From Botryllus schlosseri (lineage: Eukaryota), in NCBI GenBank assembly GCA_051294905.1, contig CM119371.1:7690001-7754000 (forward strand): a stretch of DNA of 64,000 nucleotides. The letters are read 5' to 3'. The notes beneath the pieces were generated by a model. It worked only from the letters and a program-made list of their open reading frames with translations. It had not been told where the DNA came from and did not search any database. The translations under genes and the position numbers were made by a program. This document shows, piece by piece, positions 45,097 through 58,792 of the stretch (position 1 is its first letter; every line of letters begins with the position of its first letter).

Positions 45097-48000
45097 CTTT
45101 ATAGAGACCATTGATTAAGTATATTGACATAGACCTGTCCTTAGAGCTCTTCTGCATATAGCATTATCAAAGATTGGTCGATTAGGACAACCACTTTTTG
45201 AAAGCCTCATCAAATTACATTAGTTACTATACTGTTAGTTATGGAATATGATAGCAAAAGGGATTCGCGAAGTAGTCAACTTCAGATTAAGAGTGTGACG
45301 CTAATTTCTAGTTATACAAATGCTATATAGGCCTACAGCAATTATATACAATTTATACCAGAGCTATTATTAAATAAACTTCCGATATTACTATCAAAAG
45401 TTTCTAGTACCTATATTCCGAAGTAGGATTCTGGAAGTACAAAACTTCAGTATCGCAAGAATCATTATGTTTATTGTTCATATTGCTGAATTCATTCCAC
45501 TGGAAGCATCTTGACTGACTCTTGATCAGTTGAACTCGCCAGTAAACGCGATTAACTAAATTCAAAATATACCTATGGAAAATAGTTTGTCGTTGTGAAT
45601 TCGCACCTGTTGAAAGTCAGCAGAAGTAGCCAGAGTAAATACACTGTATATAAGTGGGTGGGTCACAGGTTAATTTGCTAGTTTTTCACCATGGCATGTA
45701 TTGCAAATAATTACGAGGGCAATTTCGGGTAAGTGACTGGTCACTCACAGCAGTTGGTGTAACCATAAAGCCTTAATGCCACCAGAATAAAATTAAAAAT
45801 TGGCCCGCCCCAATGGGCCCACCAAAAGAAGCGTCATCATTAATTGCGTCGCGAGCCAAGATTCAAAATCGTTGCAGTCCATTATGCTTTTTGTAGCTGA
45901 CTCAGCAGTAGACTTCTCCGATTCTGGCCTAAAATTGAACACAGGTATAACCGATAATACAGTGACCCTAACCTGCGGGTTGCGTGAATATATGTTGACA
46001 TACTTTTATGGTCCCTGGTACAAGCCCTGCGAATGCGTCACGAGTAAGACAAAAGAGTTACCTGCAAACGCGGACTTTGCAATTAGGTTCATCATTATGA
46101 AATCACCCTTCGTGTTTCTGATTAGACCGGGACCTTTGAGTCTAAAGTTACACAGTAATGCGACCACAGATATTTGTATTATATCCGTTGTATACCTATT
46201 ATATTGTTTAAGTAATTTGGATAACGTTTCACATTGGCGTTTTCGCAGCTGGGTTCAACTATAGTTTGGTCCATTATTCCAGAAAACTCAAAACTGAGTG
46301 AGTACTTTCTGCTTTTTCGAAATTTGATGTCGATGTCACCAATGACTACGATGACAACGATGACTGTACTCAAAACGTTATCATGACCTCAAATGGCTAT
46401 AATTTGTGCTGGACACAATGATTCGAGTACTCGAATCTGAACATACTGGCAATTCTATTGATTCAAGTCGCGTTGCGTTGCATTGCGTTTCTGGGCTCAT
46501 CTTCCTCCGCGTGACTATCAAAGAAAGAACTGCTACATCCGGGCACTAGGCCGCGGTGGATGCCATTTTAGAGACCTCAACTGCAACCGCGACTGTTCGT
46601 TCGGCATCCTCCCATCATCTGTTCATTACATCGCATTGTGTCTTATCGTATTGTACATCGAGTGTGACTTGTTCAGATAAAAATATATTCCGACGGTTAT
46701 CTTATCATCTTAGTGAGAGATGATGTTTTTCGAGTAGTGAAATCATATGCTCCCTGCCAATAAGAAATAATTTATCAACGAGAATTATAGTTTCGATACT
46801 ATTTCTCGCTGTGGAAGATTATAAACCACGATTGTCGTGGAAATGACACAGATGTGAAGTCGTGATCAACCCACGGCATTGTCAGTGGCAGGTAACACAT
46901 GCACAGTTGCACACTCACATACTAAAGCAGTGGTTCTCAACCACCGGTCCGTGGAAAATTTTCCTCCGGCCCGCTAACTATTTTAGAAGTTGATGTGTCA
47001 ATTCGAAAATGAGAAAATTTCGACGGATGTCCATTAACTTGAGAAATTAAACATCAAATTTTAAATTGGTTTAGAAATCACGAATGCATTTTTCTCAGTG
47101 GTGTCGTATTATAGATTTCATGGTTTAATTTGACTTACGTGGGCTACGTTAAAATGGATTAGGCTAAGTGTTGTATCATATTAAAAAAAATAGCCTAATC
47201 GTGTACAAGAAGTCCCCGTTTAAGGCTATATAGCAATACGTGAAAAAGCAGAAGATTTTCAAAAGAAAATTCGGTAATTTTCGACAGTAGAATTTAGCGA
47301 CATTTGGCTGTATAATAGCCGGTATCAAACAACAGCCGCGTTTCTTTCAAATAATTTGAACAAAAATTAAGTTAGTGGTTTTTAACACGAGTTCGCCTTG
47401 CAGGAACTTCAATGGTGCCGTAACTCGTGTAATATAAAAAGGCCAGGATTAAATTGAGTCTTTCACTCCTACACTGTACTACTCAAATGTATGTCGTGAA
47501 GTTCATTTACGTACCCTTTTTGGTAGTAGCTAATAATGCGTGAAGTTGAAGTTCCTTGGTACCAGCATTAAACCCAAAAAATCGAATAACACTAAATCGG
47601 CGTGGTTAATGCCAATGAGTATAGTGACAATAAATCAGTCCTTACTGTATGCTACTGTTTCGCGCCACATACTACGCAACTTCTTATTCTTCGTAACATC
47701 CGGACTGCATATTATTAAAAACATGACAAGGTGCAAGCAGGATTCAATGTTCATACTACTACACATAAGACGACAATATGAGAACACAAACCTCACGTTT
47801 AAACGGGCATGTCTATACCAAATCTATATCTGGCATCTTCATACAGATCGCAAGAATACCAAGGTTAGTCATGTTCGCAAGTACTCAAGCACGGGTGAAT
47901 TACCAAAGCATGAGATAACATGTGTGAGACTGCCGTAACGAACACCAACAAGATGGCCCATCCGAGTAAATGGTAACGGGGACGATCACGAACTAGCTGG

Positions 48001-50910
48001 TGCGGGACTCGGTCAGCTAAGCGAGCATAAGCATCATTCAAACTGTCGATTCTAGCATCCAGAGCGATGATCTTCTCTCTGTAAGCATTATCCAAATGAT
48101 CGATTCTATCCATTAGGATAGTCAGCGCTTCTATGGTGTTATCTAGAACAGAATGAGAACGCCGGACATTACAACGAAAATACCTGATGCATCCAATAAT
48201 GGAAGTATAAAGGCACACTAAAGTTGTGTGGTACGCGTGCTCAGTGCTCACCTAAATCGACATTCCTATCGAGGGCACGAGTATCATCGGTGTCATGTTC
48301 TGGACCAGATCCGGCAGTAGAACTGATAGTATCTTCTTCTCCCTGATCACATGCCACATCAGTTCCGTTTGCTGGTTTCGAGTTAGGGTCGAAATCTGGC
48401 CTCATTTCAACTTAAACTCCAGCTTACCTTAATACGATAGAAAAAAGCATGTAACTCCCATTTCGTCAAATAACGTTTGAAGCAAGACAGTTATTACTAG
48501 CCCCTGATGCGTAAACAATCTCTCAAGCTACACTCGGAATGTATAATAGCTGGATGACATGTTACCACCCAGTCAGGATTGCATGATCGTGGATAATTAG
48601 ATAATTGAACACTGATCACAGTCTCGGATACAGCGCAGTTGCAGTTTCGTCGGAGCTAGACACCACACTCCACACTGCATCCTGATAGTTGAAGCACGTA
48701 ACAAAAAGCTCCTGATTGACGGACGAACTGATTTTGTGATCATCGCCGGTACTGACTGTTTTCTGGCGAGCTGTGATGGTTTACAACAGGGTTTCATAAA
48801 ATGGGGTCCACGGACTTCTTAGGGGTCCTTGAAAGGGTACATGTTTAAATACATCACCAGGAAAATACAAAACCATATTATCCTATGGCTATGATGCCGT
48901 AGATGGGACTGGGGCTATTTTGCATTATTAGTTACTGCTTTAGTCCTAGGATGTGTCAAAGATACGACCCGCCAGACGTTTTCATCCGACCCGCGAAGGA
49001 ATTCTGAGTAGATTGAAAAAATGCTCATGCACATTTGGCACAAATGTTGAAATGTTTTGAAAGAAATACTTACGGTAAATATTCCCTTGAGAAAGCAAGT
49101 GTCGATTATGTTCAATTGTTCATGCATATGGCACCCAAAACCAGCCGACTGCGTTGTTGTTGTTTCGCACTACACTCTTCGCGAACAGAGTGTCCATTCA
49201 CAGCCAGAATGTGTTTCACGAATAACAAAACATAACTCATAATTATATCGCGGTCATAAACCCTACCTGCCTATGTGCATACCTTCATACGTCCATACGT
49301 GCAAGCATCATTTGGGTTAAAAGTTTGTGTTTGATTTATACCGTGGCTTAAGTGTAGACGTAGGTTTTGGTTTCGTGTTCCACGGGTGTATATTCACACC
49401 CGCATATCACGGTCGGTACACATGTGTGAATACACAATTTTCTTCGCTAACAGTGTAGTTATCACTAGGAATAATTGGGTGACATTGACACCCAATTTCG
49501 AGAAGGCAAAAAAAAAATGCACACTTAGTTGAGAGTTTCATGGGAAGATGGGCGGAAAACTAGTTATTCACAGAAGCGAAAACGCAAATGCCGTAACAAG
49601 GCTGTGTCAACAAATGTGGCACGAAAAGAATCATCACATTTATAACTATCTGAATAGATAGAAGTGTTGTCGTACTTGATATATATTAACTATAAGATAT
49701 AGACACCATATGGGTGGACAAATGTATGATGCGTGATGCCATTATAACAGCTATCGGGTTATAATTTTCAGCTACTATGAATATTTTGAATCCAACAGAT
49801 TGATAATAGAGACTTATCTGATATCAAAACATTTTTAAGTAGAGCATTGTAATTCCAATCCAGGATTCGGGTATAGTTCTGAGAAGTAGGCTATTAATCT
49901 CATGGCCAAATATCTTCAAATATAGGAGCAGAAAAAATTATATATAATACAAATATATTAATGAATGTTTCCTAGTGATTGAAATGTCGGAACGCCGAAC
50001 GGCCCATTGCTGTTACATCGTTGGAGCATACCACTACGGTACTCGGTACCTTTAAGTGGCCTTAATAACCTGGATTAGCGACCACAGATGTAACTAACAG
50101 ATTGCCAATGGTTGCCATAACTATACTTGCTTAGTTAGAGAAATACCAAGCGGCGATCTTCTGATCTATTACTATTCCCCTGATACGCGGTTAGTTTGTT
50201 GCATCCATGGTTCTAACAAATTTACGGCATTCCGAGTCACTCCAAGTCCACTCGAGTCATTTTAATTTTGCCATCGAGTAAGCCCGAGTGTGAGTAATTC
50301 TAAGAAAGTTCGCGTCCAAGTCCAACTCACAAATTTCAGTCAAGAATCGTCCAAGGGTCCGGTTTTGTCATCATGAACTGAAAATGTGGCGAAATAGTGA
50401 ATGTTCCACTGCATGGTAGCGTTTGCAATTGATATGATAGTGAAGTTTTCACTTTATAACCTGAAAAGATATATGTGACACTTATATTTTGTCAAATTAA
50501 TAAAAATCTAAAATGTCGTCGCAGGCCACACAAAATGCTCTGGCGGGCCGCATGCGGCCCACGGGCCGCGTGTTTGAGACCTCTGGAGTAAAGAGTCATT
50601 TCGAGTCATTGCACATTTTGACTCGAGTCAAGTCAAGTCACTCGAATTTTGGAAGTGACTCGAGTCAAGTCAAGTCAAGTCAGAAGTCAACTCACATTTC
50701 AAGTCAGTCATGTTGCCTTTTCGAAGTATGTATGAGGCATGATTACGTCATTGCAATTTGCTAGCTGTTTGAAATACAGTCTGAGTGGTCACTGATGCAG
50801 ACACGATGAACGAATATCGTGTTAAATATACATGCAAGAAGACGCTGTCTCGCTCACATATACGTAGAACTGTTAAACTACGTAATTGCATAGCCTCAGT
50901 TTATAGCTAC

Positions 50911-51337
50911 CAGAGATGAGCATGGATTAGGATTAGGTTTTGAAAAAACAGGATTTGTGAAATTTTGTCGGATTTGGATAGGATTTGGATTAGAAATTTT
51001 TTTCAGAACGGATTAGGATTTGGATTGGATTTACCTATTTTCTGGGAGATTGAAATGTCGTGTGGCGAATGGCGACAAACTTTATTCAGATCAGTTATTA
51101 ATGTACTTATGGTTGCTAAGTTATCTTGAATCAAGTGAATCGTTGGTTGTGAAAGAAAATGTTCGAATCCCTCCATTGCATAAATTAGTATTTTTTCTGA
51201 ATTTCCAGTTGGAATCGGATTAGGATTGGACATTGACTTGAATAAGAAAAAGTTATGGATTAGGATTTGGATTTCGATTTGAAGGTTCGGATTTGGATTG
51301 GATTAGGACATAGAAATTTCAAATCCGCTCATCTCTG
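50911..51337. mobile_element. GGATT-rich MITE (copy-2 specific)
   Basis: TIR CAGAGATGAGC / GCTCATCTCTG; perfect TSD ATAGCTAC. Confidence 0.9.
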
Positions 51338-54300
51338 ATAGCTACCAGCCATAATAGAGAATAGAGAAACGAATTGATAAGATGCCATACATTACCCATT
51401 TACAAATAGATATGATACCATTCGAGCATGCGCCAAAGGCTGAAGAATACATAAACTATATTCGACTTCAATTTCAATAAAACAAGAGGTTTGGTAAAGG
51501 GAAAAACAGAGAACAGAAATACTTCAGTACTAGAGTTACGACAAGGTAAGCTGTAAGCTTCGATCACTTCGTCCGAGGTCAATTTATTTGTGAAAGAACA
51601 TTAGAGGCTCAGTAAAACGCGCGGTCAATCGGTCATTGAATGATTGGTCGCTCTCACGGGCTACATAAGTGTTTGGCGAACAATCTGAACATATGCGAGA
51701 TACAGTCATTTTTATCGACACCGATTTCTTATTGACTTGAAATTGACTCGTGCATTTTGCTCCGAGTCACGAGTCAATCCACATTTCTGATACTCTGAGT
51801 CAAGTCAAGTCAAGTCATTTTAACAAAGTATCTCGAGTCAAGTCAAGTCATGCGAAAAAGGTGACTCGAGTCAACTCATGACTTTGGTCATCCCAACACT
51901 TCATCCTGGATATATAGGTTTGGTCATTTTTCAGGGTAAATGAATTGTCTTTTTATAGAGACCGTTGATTAAGTATATTGACCTGTCCTTTAGAGCTCTT
52001 CTGCGTATAGCATTATCAAGATTGGTCGATGAGGACAACCACTTTTTGAAAGCCTCATCAAATTAAATTAGTTACTATACTGTTACCTATGGAATAAGAT
52101 AGCAAACGGGATTCGCGAATTAGTCAACTTCAGATTAGAGTGTGAAACTAATTTCTAGTTATACAAATGCTATATAGGCCTGCAGCAATTATATACAATT
52201 TATACAAGAGCTATTAATAAATAAACTTCCGATAACACTATCAAAAGTTTCTAGTACCTATATTCCGAAGTAGGATTCTGGATGTACAAAACTTCAATAT
52301 CGCAAGAACCAATAAGTTTATTGTTCATATTGCTAAATTTATTCCACTGTAAGCATCTTGACTGACTCTGATCAGTTCGCACTCTGATCACTCGCCAGTA
52401 AACGCAATTAACTAAATTCAAAATATACCTATGGAAAATATTTTGTCGTTGTGAAGTTCGCCCTGTTGAAAGTCAGCAGAATTAGCCAGAGTAAATGCAC
52501 TTAATATAAGTGGGTGGATTATAGGTTAATTTGCTAGTGTTTTACCATGGCGTGTATTGCAAATAATTACGAGGGCACTTTCGGGTAAGTGACTGGGCAC
52601 TCACAACAGTTGGAGTAACCATAACGCCTTACTGCCACCAGAATAAAATAAAAAAAATTGGCCCGCCCCAATGGGCCCACCCGAAGAAGCGTCATCATTA
52701 ATTGCATCGCGAGCCAAGATTCAAAATCGTTGCAGTGCATTAATTTGTTTGTAGCTGACTCAGCAGTAGACTTCTCCGATTCTGACTCAAAATTGAATAC
52801 AGTTATAACCGATAATACAGTGACTCTAACCTGCAGGTTGCGACGATATATGTCGACATACTTTTATGATTCCTGGTACAAGCCCTGCGAATGCGTCACG
52901 TGTAAGACGAAAGATTTACCTGCAAACGCGGACTTTGCAATTAGGTTCATCATTATGAAATCACCCTTCGGGTTTCTGATTAGACCGGGACATTTGAGTC
53001 TAAAGTTATACAGTAATGTGACCACATATATTTGTAGTATATCCGTTGTATAACTATTATATTGTTTAAGTAATTTGGATAACGTTTCACATTGGCGTTT
53101 TCGCAGCTGGATTCAACTATAGTTCGGTCCATTATTCCAGATAACTCAAAACTGAGTTAGTACTTTCTGCTTTTTCGAATTATGATGTCGATGTCACCAA
53201 TGACTACGATGACAACGATGACTGTACTCAAAACGTTATCATGACCTCAAATGCCTATAATTTATCAGTGCTGGACACAATGATTCGAGTACTCGAATCT
53301 GAATCGAGTGGTAATTTTGTTGATTCAAGTCGCGTTGCGTTGCATTGTGTTTCTGAGCTCATCTTCCTCCGCGTGGCTGCCGAAGAAAGAACTTCTACAT
53401 CCGGGCACTAGGCCGCGGTGGATGTCATATTAGAGACCTCAACTGCAACCGCGACTGGTCGTTCGACATCCTCCCATCTGTTCATTACATCGCATTGTGA
53501 CTTATCTCATTGTACATTGTGTGTGACTTGTTCTGAAAAAAATATAATCTGACGGTTATCTTATTATATTAGGGAGAGAATGTTTTTGTCGAGTAATGAA
53601 ATCATACGCTCCCTGCCAATTAGAAATAATTTATCAACGAGAATTACAGTTTCGGTACTATTTTTCACTGTGGAAGATTGTAAACCTCGATGTTTGTGGA
53701 AATGACACATATGTGAAGTCGTGACCAACCCACAGCATTGTCAGTCGCAGGCTACACATGCACAGTTGCACACTCACAGACTAAAGCAGTGGTCCTCCAC
53801 CACCGGTCCGTGGAAAATTTTCCTCCGGCCCGCCTAATATTTTAGAAGAAGATCTGTCAATTCAAAAATGAAAAAAAAAATCGGCAGTTGTCCATTAATT
53901 TGAGAAAGGAAACATCAAATTTTGTATTGGTTTAGAAATCACGAATGCATTTTTCTCCGCGGTGTCGTATTATAGATTTCATGGTTTAATTTGACGTACG
54001 TGGGCTACGCTAAAATGCGTTAAGTGTTGTACCATATTCATAAAAAAAATAGCCTAATAGTGTACAAGAAGTCCCCGTTTAAGGCTATAGTAATACGTGA
54101 AAGAGCAAAAGATTTTAAAAAGAAAATTCGTTAATTTTCGACAGTAGAATTTAGCGACATTTGGCTATATATAATAGCCGGTATCAAACAACAGCCGAGT
54201 TTCTTTCAAATAATTTGAACAATCAAAATTAAGTTAGTGGTTTTTAACATGACTTCGCCTTGCAGGAACTTCAATAATGCCGTAACTCGCGTAATATCAA

Positions 54301-54767
54301 AAGAGCGGGATTAAATAGAGTCTTACATTCTTACACTGTATTACTCATATGTATGTCGTGAAGTTCATTTACGTACCCTTTTTGGTAGTAGCTATCAATG
54401 TGTGAAGTTGAAGTTCCTTGGTATCAGAATTAAAACCAAAAAATCGAATAACACTAAATCGGCGTGGGTAATGCCAATGAGTATAGTGACAATAAATCAG
54501 TCCTAACAGTATGCTACTGTTTCGCGCCACATACAACGCAACTCCTTATTCTTCGTAAGATCCAGACTGCATATTATTAAAAACATGACAAGGTGCAAGC
54601 AGGATTCAATGTTCATACTACTACCACTACACATAAGACGACAATATGAGAACACAGACCTCACGTTTAATCGGGCATGTTTATACCAAATCTATATCGG
54701 GCATCTTCATACAGATCGCAAGAATACCAAGGTTAGTCATGTTCGCAGGTACTCAAGCACGGGTGAA

Positions 54768-55265
54768 TTACCAAAGCATAAGAAACACGTGTGAGACTGC
54801 CGTAACGAACGCCAACAAGATGGCCCATCCAAATAAATGGTAACGGGAACGATCACGAACTAGCTGGTGCGGGACTCGGTCAGCTAAGCGATCGTAAGCA
54901 TCATTCAAACTGTCGATTCTAGCATCCAGAGTGATGATCTTCTCTCTGTAAGCATTATCCAAATGATCGATTCTATCCATTAGGATAGTCAGCGCTTCCA
55001 TGGTATTATCTAGAACAGAATAAGAACGCCAGACATTACAACGAAAATACCTGATACATCCAATAATGGAAGTATAGAGGCACACTAAAGATGCGTGGTA
55101 CGCGTGCTCACCTAAATCGACATTCCTATCGAGGGCACGAGTATCATCGGGGTCATGTTCTGGACCAGATCCGGCAATAGAACTGATAGTGTCTTTTACT
55201 CCCTGATCACATGCCACATCAGTTCCGTTTGCTGGTTTCGAGTCAGGGTCGAAATCTGGCCTCAT
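54768..55265 (-). CDS. Intronless ORF of unknown function: acidic N-terminus, heptad-like coiled coil, C-terminal hydrophobic segment (165 aa)
   Basis: ATG-initiated; LMDRIDHLDNAYREKIITLDARIDSLNDAY heptads; FGWAILLAFVTAVSHVFLMLW is TM-like; the copy-1 homolog (47865-48405) is frameshifted by a GTGCTCA duplication. Confidence 0.4.
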   Translation of the reverse strand: MRPDFDPDSKPANGTDVACDQGVKDTISSIAGSGPEHDPDDTRALDRNVDLGEHAYHASLVCLYTSIIGCIRYFRCNVWRSYSVLDNTMEALTILMDRIDHLDNAYREKIITLDARIDSLNDAYDRLADRVPHQLVRDRSRYHLFGWAILLAFVTAVSHVFLMLW

Positions 55266-56451
55266 TTCAACTTAAACTCCAGCTTACCTACGATAGAAAA
55301 AAGCATGCAAATCACATTTCGTCAAATAACATTTGAAGTAAAACAGTTATTACTAGCCCCTGATGCGTAAACAATCTCTCAAGCTACAGTCGGAATGTAT
55401 AAAAGCTGGATGACATGTTACCACCCAGTCGGGATTGCATGATCGTGGATAATTAGATAATTCAACACTGATCACAGTCTCGGATACAGCGCAGTTGCAG
55501 TTTCGTCGGAGCTAGACACCACACTCCACACTGCATCCTGATAGTTGAAGCACGTAACAAAAGCTCCTGATTGACGGACGAACTGATTTTGTGATCATCG
55601 CCGGTACTGACTGTTTTCTGGCGAGCTGTGATGGTTTACAACAGGGTTTCATAAAATGGGGTCCACGGACTTCTTAGGGGTCCTTGAAAGGGTACATGTT
55701 TAAATACATCACCAGGAAAATACAAAACCATATTATCCTATGGCTATGATGCCGTGGATGGGACTGGGGCTACTTTGCAATATTAGTTACTGCTTTAGTC
55801 CTGGGATGTGTCAAAGATACGACCCGCCAGACGTTTTCATCCGACCCGCGAAGGAATTCTGAGTAGATTGAAAAAATGCTCACGCACATTTGGCACAAAT
55901 GTTGAAATGTTTTGAAAGAAATACTTACGTTAAATATTCCCTTGAGAAAGCAAGTGTCGATTATGTTCAATTGTTCATGCATATGGCACCCTATAACCAG
56001 CCGACTGCTCTGTTGTTGTTTCGCACTACACTCTTCGCGAACAGAGTGTCCATTCACAGCCAAAATATGTTTCACGAATAACAAAACATAACTGATAATT
56101 ATATCGCGGTCATAAACCCTACCTGCCTATATGCATACCTTCATACGTCCATACGTGCAAGCATCATTTGGGTTAAAAGTTTGTGTTTGATTTATACCGT
56201 GGCTAGTGTAGTGGTAGGTTTTGGTTTCGTGTACCGCGGGTGTATATTCACACCCGTATATCACGGTTGGTACACATGTGTGAATACACAATTTTCTTCG
56301 CTAACAGTGTAGTTATCACTAGGAACAATTGAGTGACATTGACACCCAATTTCGAGAAGGCAAAAATATGCACACTTAGTCGAGAGTTTCATGGGAAGAT
56401 GGACGGAAAACTAGTTATTCACAGAAGCAAAAACGCAAATGCCGTAACAAG

Positions 56452-56697
56452 GCTGTGTCAACAAAAAGAGTTCGTGTACCATCTAAAAATAGTACGCTCT
56501 CGTATTCGAAATTTCATGCTGGCTGGATAAGTCATATTTTGTGAAACGATTGTTGATATAAGTTGGTATTCTGACTTCTCTACTAGTTGCTGACTGTTGC
56601 CCTGACGAGTATCAGCCGAAAATAATCGGGTTCATTTCAATATGAATATACTACTCAATTGTATATCTAAGTTATGTACCTCCAAGAAGCTGTTCAT
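56452..56697 (+). mobile_element. Penelope-like 3' end/pLTR fragment with mutated hammerhead (~56599-56632)
   Basis: LCQQKEFVYHLKIV followed by 3' UTR colinear with 22250-22496; CUGACGA..GAAA present, stem III AAUAAU is mismatched. Confidence 0.85.
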
Positions 56698-57663
56698 ATA
56701 TACGAATATAATTGAAATGTCACTGGTCACCCTGCTGTCTCAATTCCGACTCAAAACTTCCCGGAATCCAGGGAAACCTGAATCGAGATTTGATAAGAAT
56801 AAAATAAGTTCCAACGTCCGCATCTACAGTTTAATCTCTTGCCTTTCGCACAACTCATACACACGACTTCAAAGGGAGCATAGATATATCCCAACTGATA
56901 TCGTCGTTACTGCCACGGTTTAGCAGTGGTTCAAAACTGTATAGCGTATACTACCGACCAATCATCATCATCATCAATTCCATTGTTCGTGACTAAGGGT
57001 GTTGCTATTTGTTAGAATAAAACCCTTGTGATCCGTGATGCATTTGTACTATAGTATAATATATATATACACTTGATAATAAAGTATTCAAGGGAAAAGC
57101 AACGGGTGCGGCCGAGAGCAATTTGAAGGTTTGAATCCGGCCCCCGACCACTGTTCCCTCTTAGCGGCGCGCGTGCGCAATCGCGCTGTACTGACACGGT
57201 CTCTGCGCCCAGAAAATCCAAGCTGCGAGCAGAAAAGCCAAAGTGATGACCTTTTTTAGTCGTTACGCACTGTTGTCCAAGGGACCGCCCAGTGAGTTGG
57301 TGAGTGCGCGCAGACTCGTGAAAAATTAGAGGGAACATTGCATGCGACATAATTCTAGTTTGGCACTCCTGCTTCAGTCAGTCTCATCAGGTAGGTTTCT
57401 AGACATCAAATCGCCCACACCGGGATCGGGCCACAGAGTGCAGACGTGTGTTTTCGGGTTACCAGCTTCAGAAATATGTTTGTGATACACGCGCTTGCAC
57501 ACAAAGCGTGGAGGGGTCCACGATCAAAAGAGTTTATAAAACCGTGGTTCACATTCATTTATGTTGGTAGCAGACGGATCGTTAACTTACCATTGTTAAA
57601 TACTGTCATCGAGAGTCCATGATGCAGCACAAATTGCAGTAGGTGCATGACAGTGATGCATGC

Positions 57664-57897
57664 GTGGCAAGATGACGTAGTGGTATAATACACAGCTTCA
57701 ACACCAATGGGTTGTGGGTTCGAGTCCGACCGAGGTCCTAGCTAAGTGTTGGAGGTTTATCTGGGCTCCTCCTCGCTATCTCATCCGCATATAAGCGGTG
57801 TCTTAAAAAGCCTAGAAGTGGGCAGCTGCGGAATCAAAAATAGTGAATATCGACCTGGTGTAAATGAGCATATAAGTAGCCGCAAAACAAACAAACT
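57664..57897 (+). mobile_element. tRNA-derived SINE (same family as 10033)
   Basis: B box GGTTCGAGTCC, shared body, A/C-rich tail. Confidence 0.8.
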
Positions 57898-58589
57898 TAT
57901 CGCGTATCATCAAAGGCCGTTCGTACAATCGGTTGGACTTTGCGGGTCCGGAATTTGACTTGACTTAAAATATTTCGGGCTTGAATCGCCACGATTAATC
58001 ACTCTACTGATTAACGTCAATAAATTCAGATTTGTTAGTTCGGACTGAAAATCAGGGGGACATTACAACCTTGGGGTACGTGTGCAATCCTATCGCGGTC
58101 GATCCGAGTGATAAATCCCGTGTAATAAGTTGCAAGTCACAGAAGTTGATTATTTTTAAGACAAGACTAGTAACTCCAACAGCAGCAGCGCGATGAAAAG
58201 AGATGAGAAAATGCAGGTGATTGCACGCCGAAGAGTGTCCTGCCAAGTCGCTCTGTGTCATATCCGATCACTGAATCAGTCGGACTTTCAGAACACATTC
58301 CCTGCCAGTGCAAGAATTTATCACCAAAGCTGCAACGCTCTAATTTCTTGAAATGGGACTGATCATATGATTTATCAACTTGAACAGGATTCGAAAATCT
58401 GCTTGGTGATTATTCAGGGCAGATTCACGTTCCTTTAGAAAGCTGCGAGCCAAACTCTGTACGCGATCCTGCTTAGAAACTGAAAGGGTTGTGTTCGACT
58501 CGTACATAGGATTGAGAACGCAAACAAATGCATAGAGAGAGAGAGAGATATGATATTCTTTCTCGCCTGCACCATCGAGATGCTTTTGG

Positions 58590-58792
58590 CGACTGAGTTG
58601 CGATACGGCCCCATGAGGTCATCTAGTCGGCGCCCCCGTTTTTTTTTCTCCTCCATGCTATCCGTGATTGCTGAGCGCCTAGCAGGATAGCTGCGGATAC
58701 CATTTTACGAGTCTTTGGTATGACCCGGCCGGGGATCGAACCCACGACCTACCGCTCGAGAAGCCGGACGCATAACCATTACACTATCTCGC
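58590..58792 (-). mobile_element. Second tRNA-derived SINE family
   Basis: Minus strand TAGTGTAATGG (A box), GGTTCGATCCC (B box), then GGGTCATACCAAAGACT...GGCGCTCAGCA, which resembles central domains I recall from invertebrate SINEs (family not assigned). Confidence 0.7.

Larger units (their letters stand above)
41871..49614. repeat. Segmental duplication copy 1 (copy 2 at ~50593-56465)
   Basis: Colinear high similarity over ~5.4 kb once copy-specific MITEs (42499-44065, 44381-45096, 50911-51337) are removed. Confidence 0.92.
50593..56465. repeat. Segmental duplication copy 2
   Basis: Colinear with copy 1; carries the empty sites for the two copy-1 insertions (~51642 and ~51951). Confidence 0.92.

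Noticed and set aside
45800..46264. Galectin-like reading of the cargo ORF
   Set aside because: Only a vague beta-rich resemblance; HxNPR and WGxExR motifs are absent.
47200..47800. Glycosyltransferase-like relic on the minus strand
   Set aside because: Several stops and no convincing DxD-region motif; cannot be supported without a search.
50911..51337. GGATTA/GGATTT runs as interstitial telomere
   Set aside because: Not TTAGGG arrays; bounded by TIRs and a perfect TSD, so a MITE.
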